DNA of 31,078 bases from a virus (IMGVR_UViG_2713896898_000008:1-31078), one strand, 5' to 3'; shown: positions 1 through 10,152, counted from the stretch's first letter. Notes: a model not told the origin generated them from the letters alone. Numbers and translations: made by a program.

Positions 1-153
1 ATGAAAAACATTGCAGCTATCAAACGTAATAACCGCAAGATTCACGCTCGTAAGTTCCTGTCTACGCCAGAAGGAAAAGCCTGGCTAGAGCGTAAACAGC
101 GAGAGAACGAAGAAAGAAAACTCCTTAGTGAGTTGAAATGGCTTAAGGATTGA
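1..153 (+). CDS. hypothetical small basic protein (50 aa)
   Basis: ATG at 1, TGA at 151-153; below the ORF-track size cutoff; Lys/Arg-rich; no family recognised. Confidence 0.25.
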   Translation: MKNIAAIKRNNRKIHARKFLSTPEGKAWLERKQRENEERKLLSELKWLKD

Positions 154-718
154 ACCACCAGTAGGCGCATAACACATCCAGCGATCAAAGATGTGTTTAT
201 GCACCTGATAGTGAAATTATTAAAGTCGTTTAGTTAACATCGCCATTGCTTGAGCAATAATTGCAACAGCGTCCATCTCTTCACTGGAAGCGATGCAAAT
301 GCGGTAACTAATAGCCACAACGAATACATCAATAACGAGAAAGTGAATAGTGTGAAGATGTTTTGAAAGTAAATGCATAACTTCCTCCGGTTTTACGATA
401 GGAAGATTAGAACATGCATTAAATGATGTTACAAGGGTGGTAATTTACCCTAATAGTCTACTATTCACCTCAATCTACGTCAACCAATATTTGATGTAGA
501 TTTAATTTTCTTTTAAAAACAATGTGTTGCAATTTGTTGAATTTTGGGGTTAGGTTGTTTTTTGAACGTTTTCATCAAGTGTAAAGATACGTTTAGCCTT
601 CATAGTGAGTTCAGTTACTGTCTTTTTCTCTGAAATCGGCGCAGACGTGATCAATGTTTAACGCGAAGATCAGCGGCGTCAGGCCCACGCAGCGACAATT
701 CTCAAATATCAGGAGGCA

Positions 719-1276
719 TTACGCTTCCTGCTCTTTCTTGATACGTTGCACCGTCTGTGTGCTGACACTGAAATCTTTTGCTACGCTCCGAATTGATCCA
801 CCATTCGCGAGAGCGGCAACAATTCCCGCTCGATCAATTGCTTTTCCATTACCACGTTTTGCTATACGTCCAGCGGCCTTAGCTGCGGCGATCCCCTCAC
901 GCTGCCGCTCAAGCATCATTTCACGTTCCATTTGTGCCACTGCTGCAAGCACTGTGAGCATCATATTCCCTGCGGGAGAGTTCTTCCCTGTCTTAAAGTC
1001 TTCTTTATGGAAATGCACAGACACGCCGCGCTCTGTTAATTGCTCAACCGTTGCCAGAAGGTCGGCTGTATTACGACAAAGGCGATCAATACTATGGACG
1101 TGTAACACGTCACCCTCCCGCACATAGTTCATCATTGCCTCAAACTGTGGGCGCTGAGTGTTCTTGCCTGACGCTTTATCTTCAAAGACTTTATCAAGAG
1201 TTACTCCAGCTAATTGACGGTCTGTGTTTTGTTGCACAGTCGATACCCTAATGTATCCAATATTAGCCATTTTCAT
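719..1276 (-). CDS. small serine recombinase (resolvase / DNA invertase family)
   Basis: 185 aa; N-terminal IGYIRVSTVQQNTDRQ catalytic-serine motif and C-terminal HTH typical of Hin/Gin/TnpR family; likely true start is the internal ATG at 1270 (MANIGYIRV). Confidence 0.85.
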   Translation of the reverse strand: MKMANIGYIRVSTVQQNTDRQLAGVTLDKVFEDKASGKNTQRPQFEAMMNYVREGDVLHVHSIDRLCRNTADLLATVEQLTERGVSVHFHKEDFKTGKNSPAGNMMLTVLAAVAQMEREMMLERQREGIAAAKAAGRIAKRGNGKAIDRAGIVAALANGGSIRSVAKDFSVSTQTVQRIKKEQEA

Positions 1277-1834
1277 TTTCCTTCTGTGTTGATTTGTGTG
1301 TAGTGATTATTGATCGTGTTGATTAGGTGTGTAAAGGACTTTTTTCACTACGAAATTCGAAGGTTTTTAGTGTGGTGATTTAGCCTGCTTTATCACTACA
1401 CGTCTTGCATGAGAATCATGTAGTTACATTTTGGTAAAATTAGCAAGCTATTAAATAGTGTGTTTATTTTGAAAAAATAATTTTTTGTTGCATTAAAGGA
1501 AACTTGTTCGACAAATAATAGATTGATTTTTAATCAACAATTTCTGATAGTGCTCTGTAAGCCGTATTACACAAGGCTTTGCGAAAGTGATGTAAAAGTG
1601 AAGAAAGCTAACATTGCACTTTTTAAGCTACTTTTCATTGGATTTTTACGTAGGAATTACACAGGGATTAATCATCAATTACATTGAATTTAAGCCTGTT
1701 TTAGATGTTTAATTTTGGTAGCAAGAAACACTTTTAGAAGATCATTGCACAGATGCTATGTGATGATTGGATGTAACGGTAGGTCACTGTGAGCTACCCC
1801 TATCAAGTCTGATACCCGATAAGTATAAATAACA

Positions 1835-1933
1835 CCTGGGAAATGAGTTCCGATCTATTTAGGAAATAACCGTGGAAGTGGTTTCCTACCTACCTAGGAA
1901 ATGAGTTCCTATCACCTAGGAAATGATTTCCGA
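1835..1933. repeat. three direct copies of a ~18-bp unit CCT(A/G)GGAAATGA(G/T)TTCC (1835-1853, 1893-1910, 1915-1933) plus a partial copy near 1860
   Basis: read directly; each unit contains inverted half-sites GGAA..TTCC; followed by a very AT-rich tract 1934-2003. Confidence 0.75.
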
Positions 1934-2003
1934 CAATACTATAATTAAACTACAATTAAACTATATAATATAATTCTTTTTTATCTTTATAAGAATAATT
2001 ATA

Positions 2004-2036
2004 GGGATACCCGTTAGGGAGTCTAACGGGTATCCC
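2004..2036. repeat. perfect 14-bp inverted repeat GGGATACCCGTTAG-(5 nt)-CTAACGGGTATCCC
   Basis: read directly; embedded in AT-rich DNA; protein-binding site or hairpin. Confidence 0.8.
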
Positions 2037-2945
2037 TTAATCTATTGGCATTCGCCAGAACCTTGCACAAGTTAGAGTGTTAGTCGTTAGACTGCTTGTC
2101 ATAACACATAGTTTTTGTTTGTTGATGTTAGTTAGTAGATCTATGTTCGCTAATGCCGCTCACAACGAATATGTAATCTACTATGTGCAAATAGCCTACG
2201 GCTTGCGTAAGGCTAAATAGTCTTGCGCTGTGCGCTTCAATAGTTCCATTGATGAGGCTTACGCCAATCTAACGATCATCAATCTATTTAAGAGAAAATC
2301 TATTGTGCAATACTCTGACGAGTGCAATAACCTTGTGTGCTACGCGTTAGCGATGTTAGCACATAGACACAGACAACAACCAACAACAAACAAAAAAGAA
2401 AGAATGGTTTTAGTAGTTGAAGGTTAAATAAGTTTCTACCGCTTAAATCAAGCCGTAGGCGAGCTAAACGTATATAAGGCAGGGAAACCTTAGCGGTAAT
2501 AGATTAGCTCATTATAGAGCTTCTGAGGAGCTTTACAGGTATTTTATAAGGTGTCTGAAATTAGAGTTTATCTATCATCTCCTTTTCATATACCTAACAA
2601 ATACAAAATAAGCCCCTTAAATAAACCTCTGGCGAGCTAAACTGTCATTACATAAGGGAATGTATTGTTTTTATCAAAACCTCGTTAGAACGCGTTTTAG
2701 AGAATAAGGAAGAATAGCATCACACAGAAGAGCACGAATTGCTAAGCAAAATCATAACATACTGAAAAATGATCAATATTTTATGGGCGGGGGTTGACAA
2801 AAGCCTTTAGTTATGGTAAAGTAATATTAGGGACAGGAAAACATTCCTATCCTCTAAATAATTAAACCAATGCACCGCACTTTGAAGCCCAAGAGGCTTG
2901 CAAGGTGTCTTTTTCTTTTAACCAAATAGAATAGGAGGTTAATTA

Positions 2946-3128
2946 GTGAAGTATTTCACTTCTCAAGATGTAGTTGAAGCCTGGAAACGTGGTGAGATCA
3001 ACCGCTTTAGGGTAAGAATGAATAGGAACACAGCGCGACGCTGTGGTTATCCAGAGCGTGAAAAATGTTTTGACGATGCACTAAAAATTATTGATGAACT
3101 GCGTAAGGCAGGAGCAGAGAAAGAATAA
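2946..3128 (+). CDS. hypothetical protein (60 aa)
   Basis: GTG start preceded by strong SD (ataggagg); first gene of a same-strand small-gene cluster. Confidence 0.45.
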   Translation: MKYFTSQDVVEAWKRGEINRFRVRMNRNTARRCGYPEREKCFDDALKIIDELRKAGAEKE

Positions 3129-3151
3129 TAACAGGAGAAGGAGAAAACCAA

Positions 3152-3340
3152 ATGAATATTAATTTTGATTCTGCAACTTATAACGCGTTGTTAAATCGTG
3201 CAAAGGCAGAAGGGAAATCAATTCCAAAACTTGTTAATGAATTACTAATTACAGTCCTTACAAAGGAGGAACTAAATGATCAAAAATATCAAAACAATTG
3301 CCGAAGCGAAAGCCAAATGTCTAAATCAGAAAGATGGTAA
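3152..3340 (+). CDS. putative ribbon-helix-helix (CopG/Arc-like) DNA-binding protein
   Basis: 62 aa; N-terminal beta-strand then helix pattern (NINFDSATYNALLNRAKAEGKSIPKLVNELL); SD ggagaaggag upstream; 3' end overlaps the next gene. Confidence 0.45.
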   Translation: MNINFDSATYNALLNRAKAEGKSIPKLVNELLITVLTKEELNDQKYQNNCRSESQMSKSERW

Positions 3341-3944
3341 ACAAAAATATGTAGTCGTTGAGCAGTGGTTGAAGATGTTTAAAAAGTGGTTCTCACCGTC
3401 AGGTAATGAATACACCGCTACACTGCCAGCCGTTGAAATCTATAGCTATATAGCTGGATTCAATGAACAAGGGCAAGAATGTTACGCCACTCAAAAAACA
3501 TTATCTAATATTGGAATGGTTAGTGATCGCCAGGTTCGCAATATTATAAATATGTTTGTTGATATGGGAGTTCTTTCTGTAGAGGCTCGGGACGGGCAAA
3601 CATCACTCTATAAAGCATTACCATTCACAGATGCACATATTACTCCCCCTGGAGAGTCATCACTACCTGATCCTTCTGAGAAAGAAGACGAATCTAATGA
3701 AATATTGAATGTTTCCGAAATCATCGTTGAAGAAGAAACACAAGAGCCAGAGTTCCCTGAGCGGCCCGAAATTTTTACTTGGCTTCTTTCCCTTGATAAG
3801 AAGAAACCACCGCACGAAGAAACAGAAGATTTTGTAAAACGAGCATTAGATTCAAAGAATATCTATCTTTGTGAAAATGATTTTGACTCTTTGATAATTG
3901 ATCTCAAAAGTGAGAGCACAATATATGATTCACTACCCTTCTAA
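3276..3944 (+). CDS. winged-helix DNA-binding protein with acidic C-terminal region (regulator or replication initiator-like)
   Basis: 222 aa; strong SD aaggagg 7 nt before ATG; HTH-like segment ATQKTLSNIGMVSDRQVRNIINMFVDMGVL resembling the N-terminal DNA-binding domains of phage/plasmid initiators. Confidence 0.5.
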   Translation: MIKNIKTIAEAKAKCLNQKDGKQKYVVVEQWLKMFKKWFSPSGNEYTATLPAVEIYSYIAGFNEQGQECYATQKTLSNIGMVSDRQVRNIINMFVDMGVLSVEARDGQTSLYKALPFTDAHITPPGESSLPDPSEKEDESNEILNVSEIIVEEETQEPEFPERPEIFTWLLSLDKKKPPHEETEDFVKRALDSKNIYLCENDFDSLIIDLKSESTIYDSLPF

Positions 3945-3953
3945 GGAGAATAA

Positions 3954-4223
3954 ATGACTTATAACATCACTATAGGAAACAAAACTATTGAAATAACTGA
4001 AAGCGGATACAACATTTTAAAAGCTATTTTGGACATAGAGTTTTCACCACCGACAGTGGTTAGCTTTTGTAGTTTAGGCGGCTACAGCGCACAACACGTA
4101 AATCATTGGTTAAATCATTTTACATCGTTCGGTGTGCTGGATTATGAAGGGATTAACAGCACTACATTTCGTCTTTTGAAATTAAACAAAGATTTTGAAT
4201 TGTTTCTCACAAACAATCAATAA
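3954..4223 (+). CDS. hypothetical protein (89 aa)
   Basis: ORF with SD aaggag upstream; same-strand operon context. Confidence 0.4.
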   Translation: MTYNITIGNKTIEITESGYNILKAILDIEFSPPTVVSFCSLGGYSAQHVNHWLNHFTSFGVLDYEGINSTTFRLLKLNKDFELFLTNNQ

Positions 4224-4320
4224 CAACAGATCGGGCAATACATATGGCAAATGCATTTATGGCGATATTCATCGTAACAATGGCGTCCAGTTTTTATAAT
4301 CCACATAAAAAGAGGGAAAA

Positions 4321-4704
4321 ATGGGAAGAAAGAAAAAGAACAACTTAAAACGTATTGAAAAAAACAGTAATTTCAATTCAAAAAGACAACGTCCACCGAC
4401 ACACACCAATAACGAAATTCCAGGGGAAGAGATAATCTTTATTCTTGAAACAGAATCCCCTGAATTAAGTGATGAAGAATTAGAAATAATCCAATCAATG
4501 CCAGGCGTTTACTTTCGCCCAAGAACAAGAAAACAAACTATCATTTCTGATGGCACTCTGAAACGTTGGCAGCTTTTAGGGTTTAGCTCCTATCATCATT
4601 TTTTGGGATTTAACGCTTTCAATAATTGTGTAGGTGGTGCATCGGAAGTCGATCTGATGGCTCATTTAGAAGATACATTAGCTTCTAACAAACGTTCTAA
4701 CTAA
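4321..4704 (+). CDS. hypothetical protein with lysine-rich N-terminus (127 aa)
   Basis: ORF preceded by aaagaggg SD-like sequence; AT-rich codon usage consistent with neighbours. Confidence 0.4.
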   Translation: MGRKKKNNLKRIEKNSNFNSKRQRPPTHTNNEIPGEEIIFILETESPELSDEELEIIQSMPGVYFRPRTRKQTIISDGTLKRWQLLGFSSYHHFLGFNAFNNCVGGASEVDLMAHLEDTLASNKRSN

Positions 4705-4719
4705 TAAAATGATGGGTGT

Positions 4720-4965
4720 ATGTATAAGCGCCCAATGAAAATATTCAAAAAAGGAAAAATAATGATTGGCTATATTCAAGAAACACAATTATTTCAGATG
4801 ATCCTGTCTGATGCAAAAAACTATGCAGAGTTAATTCGGCTGGCAAAAGAAACAGAAGACTACGAAGCATTAGAGCGTTACCGTGATGAAGTGCTGACGC
4901 TCAAGACACCTTTTAACATCGTATTGAATATGATTAATGATGCATTACAAGGAGAATACGCATAA
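4720..4965 (+). CDS. hypothetical protein (81 aa; alternative start at internal ATG 4762)
   Basis: ORF in same-strand cluster; stop overlaps next start (ATAATGG). Confidence 0.4.
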   Translation: MYKRPMKIFKKGKIMIGYIQETQLFQMILSDAKNYAELIRLAKETEDYEALERYRDEVLTLKTPFNIVLNMINDALQGEYA

Positions 4966-5264
4966 TGGAAGAAGATATTAGCAATGCAATGGAACAACTT
5001 TTAGATCTGACTATCTCACTACAAACAAGAATAAATCAAGCCTATTCAGATTTATGCGATTACACGCTCTCTCAATGCGTTATTAGCTTAATGAAGGTGA
5101 ATGTAAGCCTTGACGATTTTATCTCTCTGGTGAGCGTATCAGAGGACGATGCAAAACAGTGTAATCAAATCATCACAGACATCGCCACCACGTTAAAGGT
5201 TGCAAGTGAAGAGATTCAGCAATTAGTAGATGATTTAGCAAAAAGTGCTATTTTCTCTAAATGA
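4965..5264 (+). CDS. hypothetical acidic protein (99 aa)
   Basis: ORF translationally coupled to upstream gene. Confidence 0.4.
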   Translation: MEEDISNAMEQLLDLTISLQTRINQAYSDLCDYTLSQCVISLMKVNVSLDDFISLVSVSEDDAKQCNQIITDIATTLKVASEEIQQLVDDLAKSAIFSK

Positions 5265-6248
5265 TAATGAAAATTATTTGCATTTATAATGATTTTGTTA
5301 TATAATAATTTTAGGGGTAGATAAAAAGATTTTAGTTGGTGTTAATCCTTCTACTGTCATAAATCCCTGCATATGGAAGGTGATAGCCTCAAAGGTTGAG
5401 TGGCATTAACCTCTAACAAATATTACCTTCCATCTCTCAAGAAGTTTTAGAATAATCATAACTCCCTCTTTGATTGTTGATTGTTTCTACGTTGTGTTGA
5501 TGAATGTTGTTAGGCATTGTGCTTAATTTTGATAAAAGCGGGTAGGTGTTATCTCCTTGCCCTTCCCGCTCTTATTTTTCATCTATGCTTATCCTAAAGC
5601 TCCTTATTTTGTCAGAAAACATTAAAGAGCCTTACACTGATAGTTATATTTTATAACTATTTACTAACATCATTAAACTATTATTTAATGACAGAAGTTA
5701 GTAACAGAATAATCTATTAAGTTGTTGTCAAAAACAATCATCTGCATAGCGTTAGCCGCAAGCAGAGAGAGTTTAGCTAAGAATGGTGCAATAAACTTTG
5801 GAAATATTGATAGCAAAACGGGTTTTATAGAATGCGGATCTATAAGCTTTGGTTGTAAAAACGATTTTCTGAAACGGTAGATTACTGTTGGTGTAGTTAA
5901 TCATTATTAAAAATTTAATCTGTGAGTAGATTGGAATAGTGATTCCTTAAAATCTGACTGGTGCATCCACACCATGAAAGATAGCGGTTGGCCACCGCGC
6001 CCCGAATAGATATTCCTGATTGATTCCGCATGTTTTCCTAAGAGCATGTTTTCAGGAGTATCTATTCACCCTTTAAGCATATCATCAAGTATATTTAAAA
6101 AGTGTATTTGCTGATATGTTTAATCCTCTTATAGTTTAACTTATCAATTATGTAATTGCCCGCACGTTAAAGCCCCTTTGCTGGTCAGAATTAACCTCTT
6201 ACGGCATTGGGGCTTTTTATTTGTCTGGCACTAACAGGAACATTATTT

Positions 6249-6446
6249 ATGAAACAAGAAATGATTATCAGCAAAGACGGGGAAACGATGATTGTTAGTG
6301 ATGAAAACCTCATTAAGGTTGCCGCACTGTTGGGAGTTACTCCCGAAAGTCTTCGTTCTACCACTGCTCAATTATTTAAATCGGCTGATGCGGTTAGTCT
6401 TGCTGATGCCCTTAAATCTAAAATTAAACAACTGAAAGGAAAATAA
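6249..6446 (+). CDS. hypothetical small protein (ORF-track 6207..6446; internal ATG 6249 preferred)
   Basis: first gene of a tight five-gene plus-strand operon. Confidence 0.35.
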   Translation: MKQEMIISKDGETMIVSDENLIKVAALLGVTPESLRSTTAQLFKSADAVSLADALKSKIKQLKGK

Positions 6447-6450
6447 TCTT

Positions 6451-6834
6451 ATGGCTAACCCATATGGAAAATTAAAAGCAGTGAATGCGGATAACTCCCG
6501 TTCACGCTGTAAGGTAGTAGCTTACGCTGCTGATCCAGTGCTGCAAGATCGCCTCGTCAAACTGGCTTCACCTCTCACTGACGATCTTATTGTCGGGGCT
6601 TTGCTGAAAGCCGATGGCACCAAAGCAACAACCGCATCTGATATTGCTCACGTAGTAGTTGAACCGGCTTATGAAGGACAGGAAAGCGTAGTGGTTGCAC
6701 ATCCTACTTTCGTTATTCTGGCTGAAGATGGGATTGAATTTAACAGCATGGAAAAGGCAAGTGTTATTGCAAAACTGCAATCTCTCGGCTTTGTAATTGC
6801 TGGTTATGAAGAACTTGCGATCCCTACGACTTAA
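6451..6834 (+). CDS. hypothetical protein (127 aa), possibly virion-associated
   Basis: 4-bp spacing from upstream gene; SD aaaggaaaa; sits immediately before a capsid-like 343-aa gene. Confidence 0.45.
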   Translation: MANPYGKLKAVNADNSRSRCKVVAYAADPVLQDRLVKLASPLTDDLIVGALLKADGTKATTASDIAHVVVEPAYEGQESVVVAHPTFVILAEDGIEFNSMEKASVIAKLQSLGFVIAGYEELAIPTT

Positions 6835-6848
6835 CAAGGAAAATAATA

Positions 6849-7880
6849 ATGAATGATTTATCAACATATTTTGGCGTTAATACTGCGGTAGTAACTCCAT
6901 TTGCTTATGAGAATGCACTTAATACCCTGATTACTAATCTCGATCTGTTCGATGTGCAATATCATACAGAAAACAGCATTCTTCTTACCGACCTGATTGA
7001 TCAGTTTGTGCAGGTAGCTGGGGAAACCTCGCCTTACGCTCAAAGCGACTGGAACGCCTCTAAACGTCAGGAATGGTCAAACAAACTTTTCCAGATGAAA
7101 CACGTCGGCAGTATTAACGCTGTTACTTCTCGTGACCTGGAACAATACAGCCGCCAATATCCAAACCGTTCTGATGCTATGCTGGTAGCGGTTAATGATT
7201 TCTCTGAGGCTCATTACCGTTCACACGCAAACCGTGTTGAAGTGGATCTGATTACCGCGCTGCTGGGCCTGAAAGTTGAATCTGAATATGCCGGACAAGG
7301 TGATCTCGACTTCCTCGACGGTCAGGCTAAAACCACGGTACCCGCTATCGACTTTGCATCGACTACTGTTAACCCGTTCCTTGCTATTCGTAAAGCGGTG
7401 CGCTTACAGAGTGAAAAGCTGGGGTCTGGTCTTGCTGCAAAGCGAACTGGTGTAATTATCTTTGCTGCTGGCACTGCTGCTGATGGTTTGTCATCTAACC
7501 CGCTGATCAGTGACATGGTGAAATATGCAGGCGATGCGAGTGCTACGGCCCTGTTTACCCGTATGGTTGATTCTAACCCAGCCTATGACTCTTTCCAGAT
7601 TGGTGGGATCACTGTTATTGATGTGTCAATGTTTCCTGAGATTGTTGCTCACATCGGAGAGAACGGTTTCGCAATTGTTCCGGTAATGGATAAAGCGGCA
7701 CAGTGTTACCAGCTTCATAGCGGCGTTGGTGTGCGTCATGCTGAGTTAGGTCAAGATGCCGTGTTGCATCACCAATATCTAATCAAGGATGAATTCCAAT
7801 TCCCATCTGTGGTTACTGAGACATCTTATCTGCCAGTAAACAACATTCCGCAAGCTATCATCTTCGGATCTGCTGCGTAA
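6849..7880 (+). CDS. hypothetical protein (343 aa), composition reminiscent of a major capsid/coat protein
   Basis: SD aaggaaaa upstream; Ala/Gly/Ser/Thr/Val-rich with no TM segments or enzymatic motifs; functional assignment is inference only. Confidence 0.5.
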   Translation: MNDLSTYFGVNTAVVTPFAYENALNTLITNLDLFDVQYHTENSILLTDLIDQFVQVAGETSPYAQSDWNASKRQEWSNKLFQMKHVGSINAVTSRDLEQYSRQYPNRSDAMLVAVNDFSEAHYRSHANRVEVDLITALLGLKVESEYAGQGDLDFLDGQAKTTVPAIDFASTTVNPFLAIRKAVRLQSEKLGSGLAAKRTGVIIFAAGTAADGLSSNPLISDMVKYAGDASATALFTRMVDSNPAYDSFQIGGITVIDVSMFPEIVAHIGENGFAIVPVMDKAAQCYQLHSGVGVRHAELGQDAVLHHQYLIKDEFQFPSVVTETSYLPVNNIPQAIIFGSAA

Positions 7881-8031
7881 TAAAGCGTTAATAGACGATT
7901 CCCCATCGGGGCAATAAGGGTAAAGGGATTAACTAACCTGTAGGCGCAAATACAGTAACGAATCTCTTTGCCCTTTTTGTTTTTCTACTGTCTACAAACC
8001 CAAATAAAAATATATATGTGAGAGAAAACCA

Positions 8032-8229
8032 ATGAATACAGAAAACCCACAATCCTTTATTCTTAAGGCTGTAAAAGAACTGGCAGCTATTAGCGAGGAA
8101 TCAGTTATAAACACATCGGCGCTTTGCCGCCTTTTAGAAATTGATGCAAATAATGTGCGCCAGCGTGTCTTTCAGACTGGGTGCAGCACTTTCGAAGCAA
8201 TTCAATACTATTGCTCTAAAAAACAATAA
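8032..8229 (+). CDS. hypothetical small protein (65 aa)
   Basis: ORF within operon. Confidence 0.35.
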   Translation: MNTENPQSFILKAVKELAAISEESVINTSALCRLLEIDANNVRQRVFQTGCSTFEAIQYYCSKKQ

Positions 8230-8263
8230 TAAACAACAATCATAATACAGGGAAACAATTAGC

Positions 8264-10105
8264 ATGTTAGAACTTAACGTCAGCCGCTTATCAAACGTTG
8301 TCACCTTCCAGGTTGATCGACCATCATTAGAGAAAGCAAAAGCAGAAGTAGAAAAACTTCGTAAACAAATGGCGGCGGTGAAAGATATAGAATTGCGTGT
8401 TAAGACACATAAACAATCAACTTCTAAAGCAAAAAAAGACGTAGACGATATTGCTAAAAAGCAAGCACAGGCAGATAAAGCCAATGCTAAAGCACAATTA
8501 GCCGCTCAACGTGTAGTTGCAAGAGAACAAAAAGCCCTGGCAGCACGCAAAGAGAAGGCAGACTTAAAACTGTTAGACGTTGGATCAAGCATTAGTGCAT
8601 TGCACCGCCTTTCTGTAGCGGAACAATATAAAGCTATTGCACAGGCTAGAGAAATTGCCCTCCAATATGAAAGAGGAGCTATTAGTCTGGCACGTATGAA
8701 TAGCCAAATGAAACGCCTACAACAGCAACAACGTAAGATTAATGGCAATCGTAACGCTCACGCTAAAGCCTATGCACCTGTTAAGGGTAGCGGGAGTATT
8801 GGCGGCGGTGCTGCGGCTGTTATGCTGGGTGGCTTAGGCGCTGGCGCTACGTATATGGCTATGAGCAAAGCCTCTGAATTTGTTACTAACAGCTTTGCGA
8901 ATGCTGAAACGCTGGGTGAATTGTATAGCCGTGCGAAGCTGGGCGGTGTAGACGTTAACCAGATGAACAATATTGAGCAATGGGCCTACAAAAACGGCGT
9001 TGATTCAATGATGGGGGATCAAGGTAAACGTAAGTATCTCGATCAGATGAAAGATGTGCGTGAGCGTGCAACCAAAAGCTATGATGAGGCTGAATATGTA
9101 GTCGATAAAAAAACAGGCAAAGGTGAATGGAAGGGCGGCGATAGCGGCATCAATACTTTAATGAATGAAGGATTCTTAACTAAAAAGGATCTAAAAGACT
9201 TTGCTGATAATCCGGCTGGTCTGGTTAGTAAAGCAGTTCAGGGAATGGTGAAGAAAGGCTATTCAGATGCACAAATCGGTAGTCGTCTGGAAGATCTGGC
9301 TGATGATTTGATGCTCACCTCTAAATACTGGACACGCTCCGCTAAAGAAGTGGAACAATCAGCACGAGAACAACGAGAATCAGGGCGCTGGGTAACACAG
9401 GCACAACAGGAAAGCGTTATTAAATTCCGTGAACTGAATAATGCACTTAGTGGGCTTTCTGACTCACAAGGGATCGCCTTTGTTGATGGCTTTATGAAAT
9501 CTCTTGATCCGAAAGTGATTGAAGAGTTTAAAAAGAGCATGGTTGCAATGCTGCCAATGTTTACCAAATTAGGCGAGGCTATCGGCGGATTGGTTAACGC
9601 CGTAATGAAAACAATCAACTGGCTGATGAAAAACGACGAGAAGACGGAAGCTATTCAGAAGAATTTAGGGGATGCACCGCCACTATCTAACGAAGGAATG
9701 AAGCAGAATCTTTCTAATCTCACTCCTGATCAATATAAAGGCGCTGGCACCGGAACAACTAAGCCAGATAACAGCAATTCCCTGGTTAACACTATTAAAA
9801 GCTGGTTTATGCCAGAAGAAACGGTAGGTGGGGCGCAGGCTGTAAATCAATACAGTCTCGAAGGACAAAACATTGCAAATCTGAAACAGAGTGCAGCACA
9901 ACAAGCTTTCAAGGCTCCTTCTTACACCTTTGCACCTGTTATTAACTTCAATCCAGAATTACAAGTAAATGCAGAAGTGCCGCTAACTATCGAATCAGAC
10001 ACCGGACGATTGAGCGAATTTATCGACTTCAAATCAAAGGCATCCTCCGCTGAGTTTAGCAAGCTATTAACGCTGGGTGTTATGTCAGGCGGGTCAACCT
10101 ATTAA
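8264..10105 (+). CDS. hypothetical 613-aa protein with long N-terminal coiled coil and Gly-rich hydrophobic segment (tape-measure / ejection / TolA-like architecture)
   Basis: residues ~20-180 are Lys/Ala/Glu/Gln-rich heptad-like; GSGSIGGGAAAVMLGGLGAGATYMAMS hydrophobic stretch; function inferred from architecture only. Confidence 0.5.
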   Translation: MLELNVSRLSNVVTFQVDRPSLEKAKAEVEKLRKQMAAVKDIELRVKTHKQSTSKAKKDVDDIAKKQAQADKANAKAQLAAQRVVAREQKALAARKEKADLKLLDVGSSISALHRLSVAEQYKAIAQAREIALQYERGAISLARMNSQMKRLQQQQRKINGNRNAHAKAYAPVKGSGSIGGGAAAVMLGGLGAGATYMAMSKASEFVTNSFANAETLGELYSRAKLGGVDVNQMNNIEQWAYKNGVDSMMGDQGKRKYLDQMKDVRERATKSYDEAEYVVDKKTGKGEWKGGDSGINTLMNEGFLTKKDLKDFADNPAGLVSKAVQGMVKKGYSDAQIGSRLEDLADDLMLTSKYWTRSAKEVEQSAREQRESGRWVTQAQQESVIKFRELNNALSGLSDSQGIAFVDGFMKSLDPKVIEEFKKSMVAMLPMFTKLGEAIGGLVNAVMKTINWLMKNDEKTEAIQKNLGDAPPLSNEGMKQNLSNLTPDQYKGAGTGTTKPDNSNSLVNTIKSWFMPEETVGGAQAVNQYSLEGQNIANLKQSAAQQAFKAPSYTFAPVINFNPELQVNAEVPLTIESDTGRLSEFIDFKSKASSAEFSKLLTLGVMSGGSTY

Positions 10106-10152
10106 TCATCACTGTGGGGCTGTTTAGCCCCCTTAAATAAGGATTACAAATT

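Noticed and set aside
654-1127. 157-aa plus-strand ORF
   Set aside because: Lies entirely antisense within the well-supported serine recombinase gene; Ala/Arg-rich translation typical of a reverse-frame artefact.
1835-1933. Possible CRISPR array
   Set aside because: Only three repeat copies with irregular spacing and no uniform spacers; better explained as iterons or recombinase sites.
6568-8748. Minus-strand ORFs 6568..6867, 6861..7043, 7322..7516, 8134..8484, 8506..8748
   Set aside because: All are antisense overlaps of the tightly packed plus-strand operon; Cys/Ser/Leu-rich reverse-frame translations without SD sequences.
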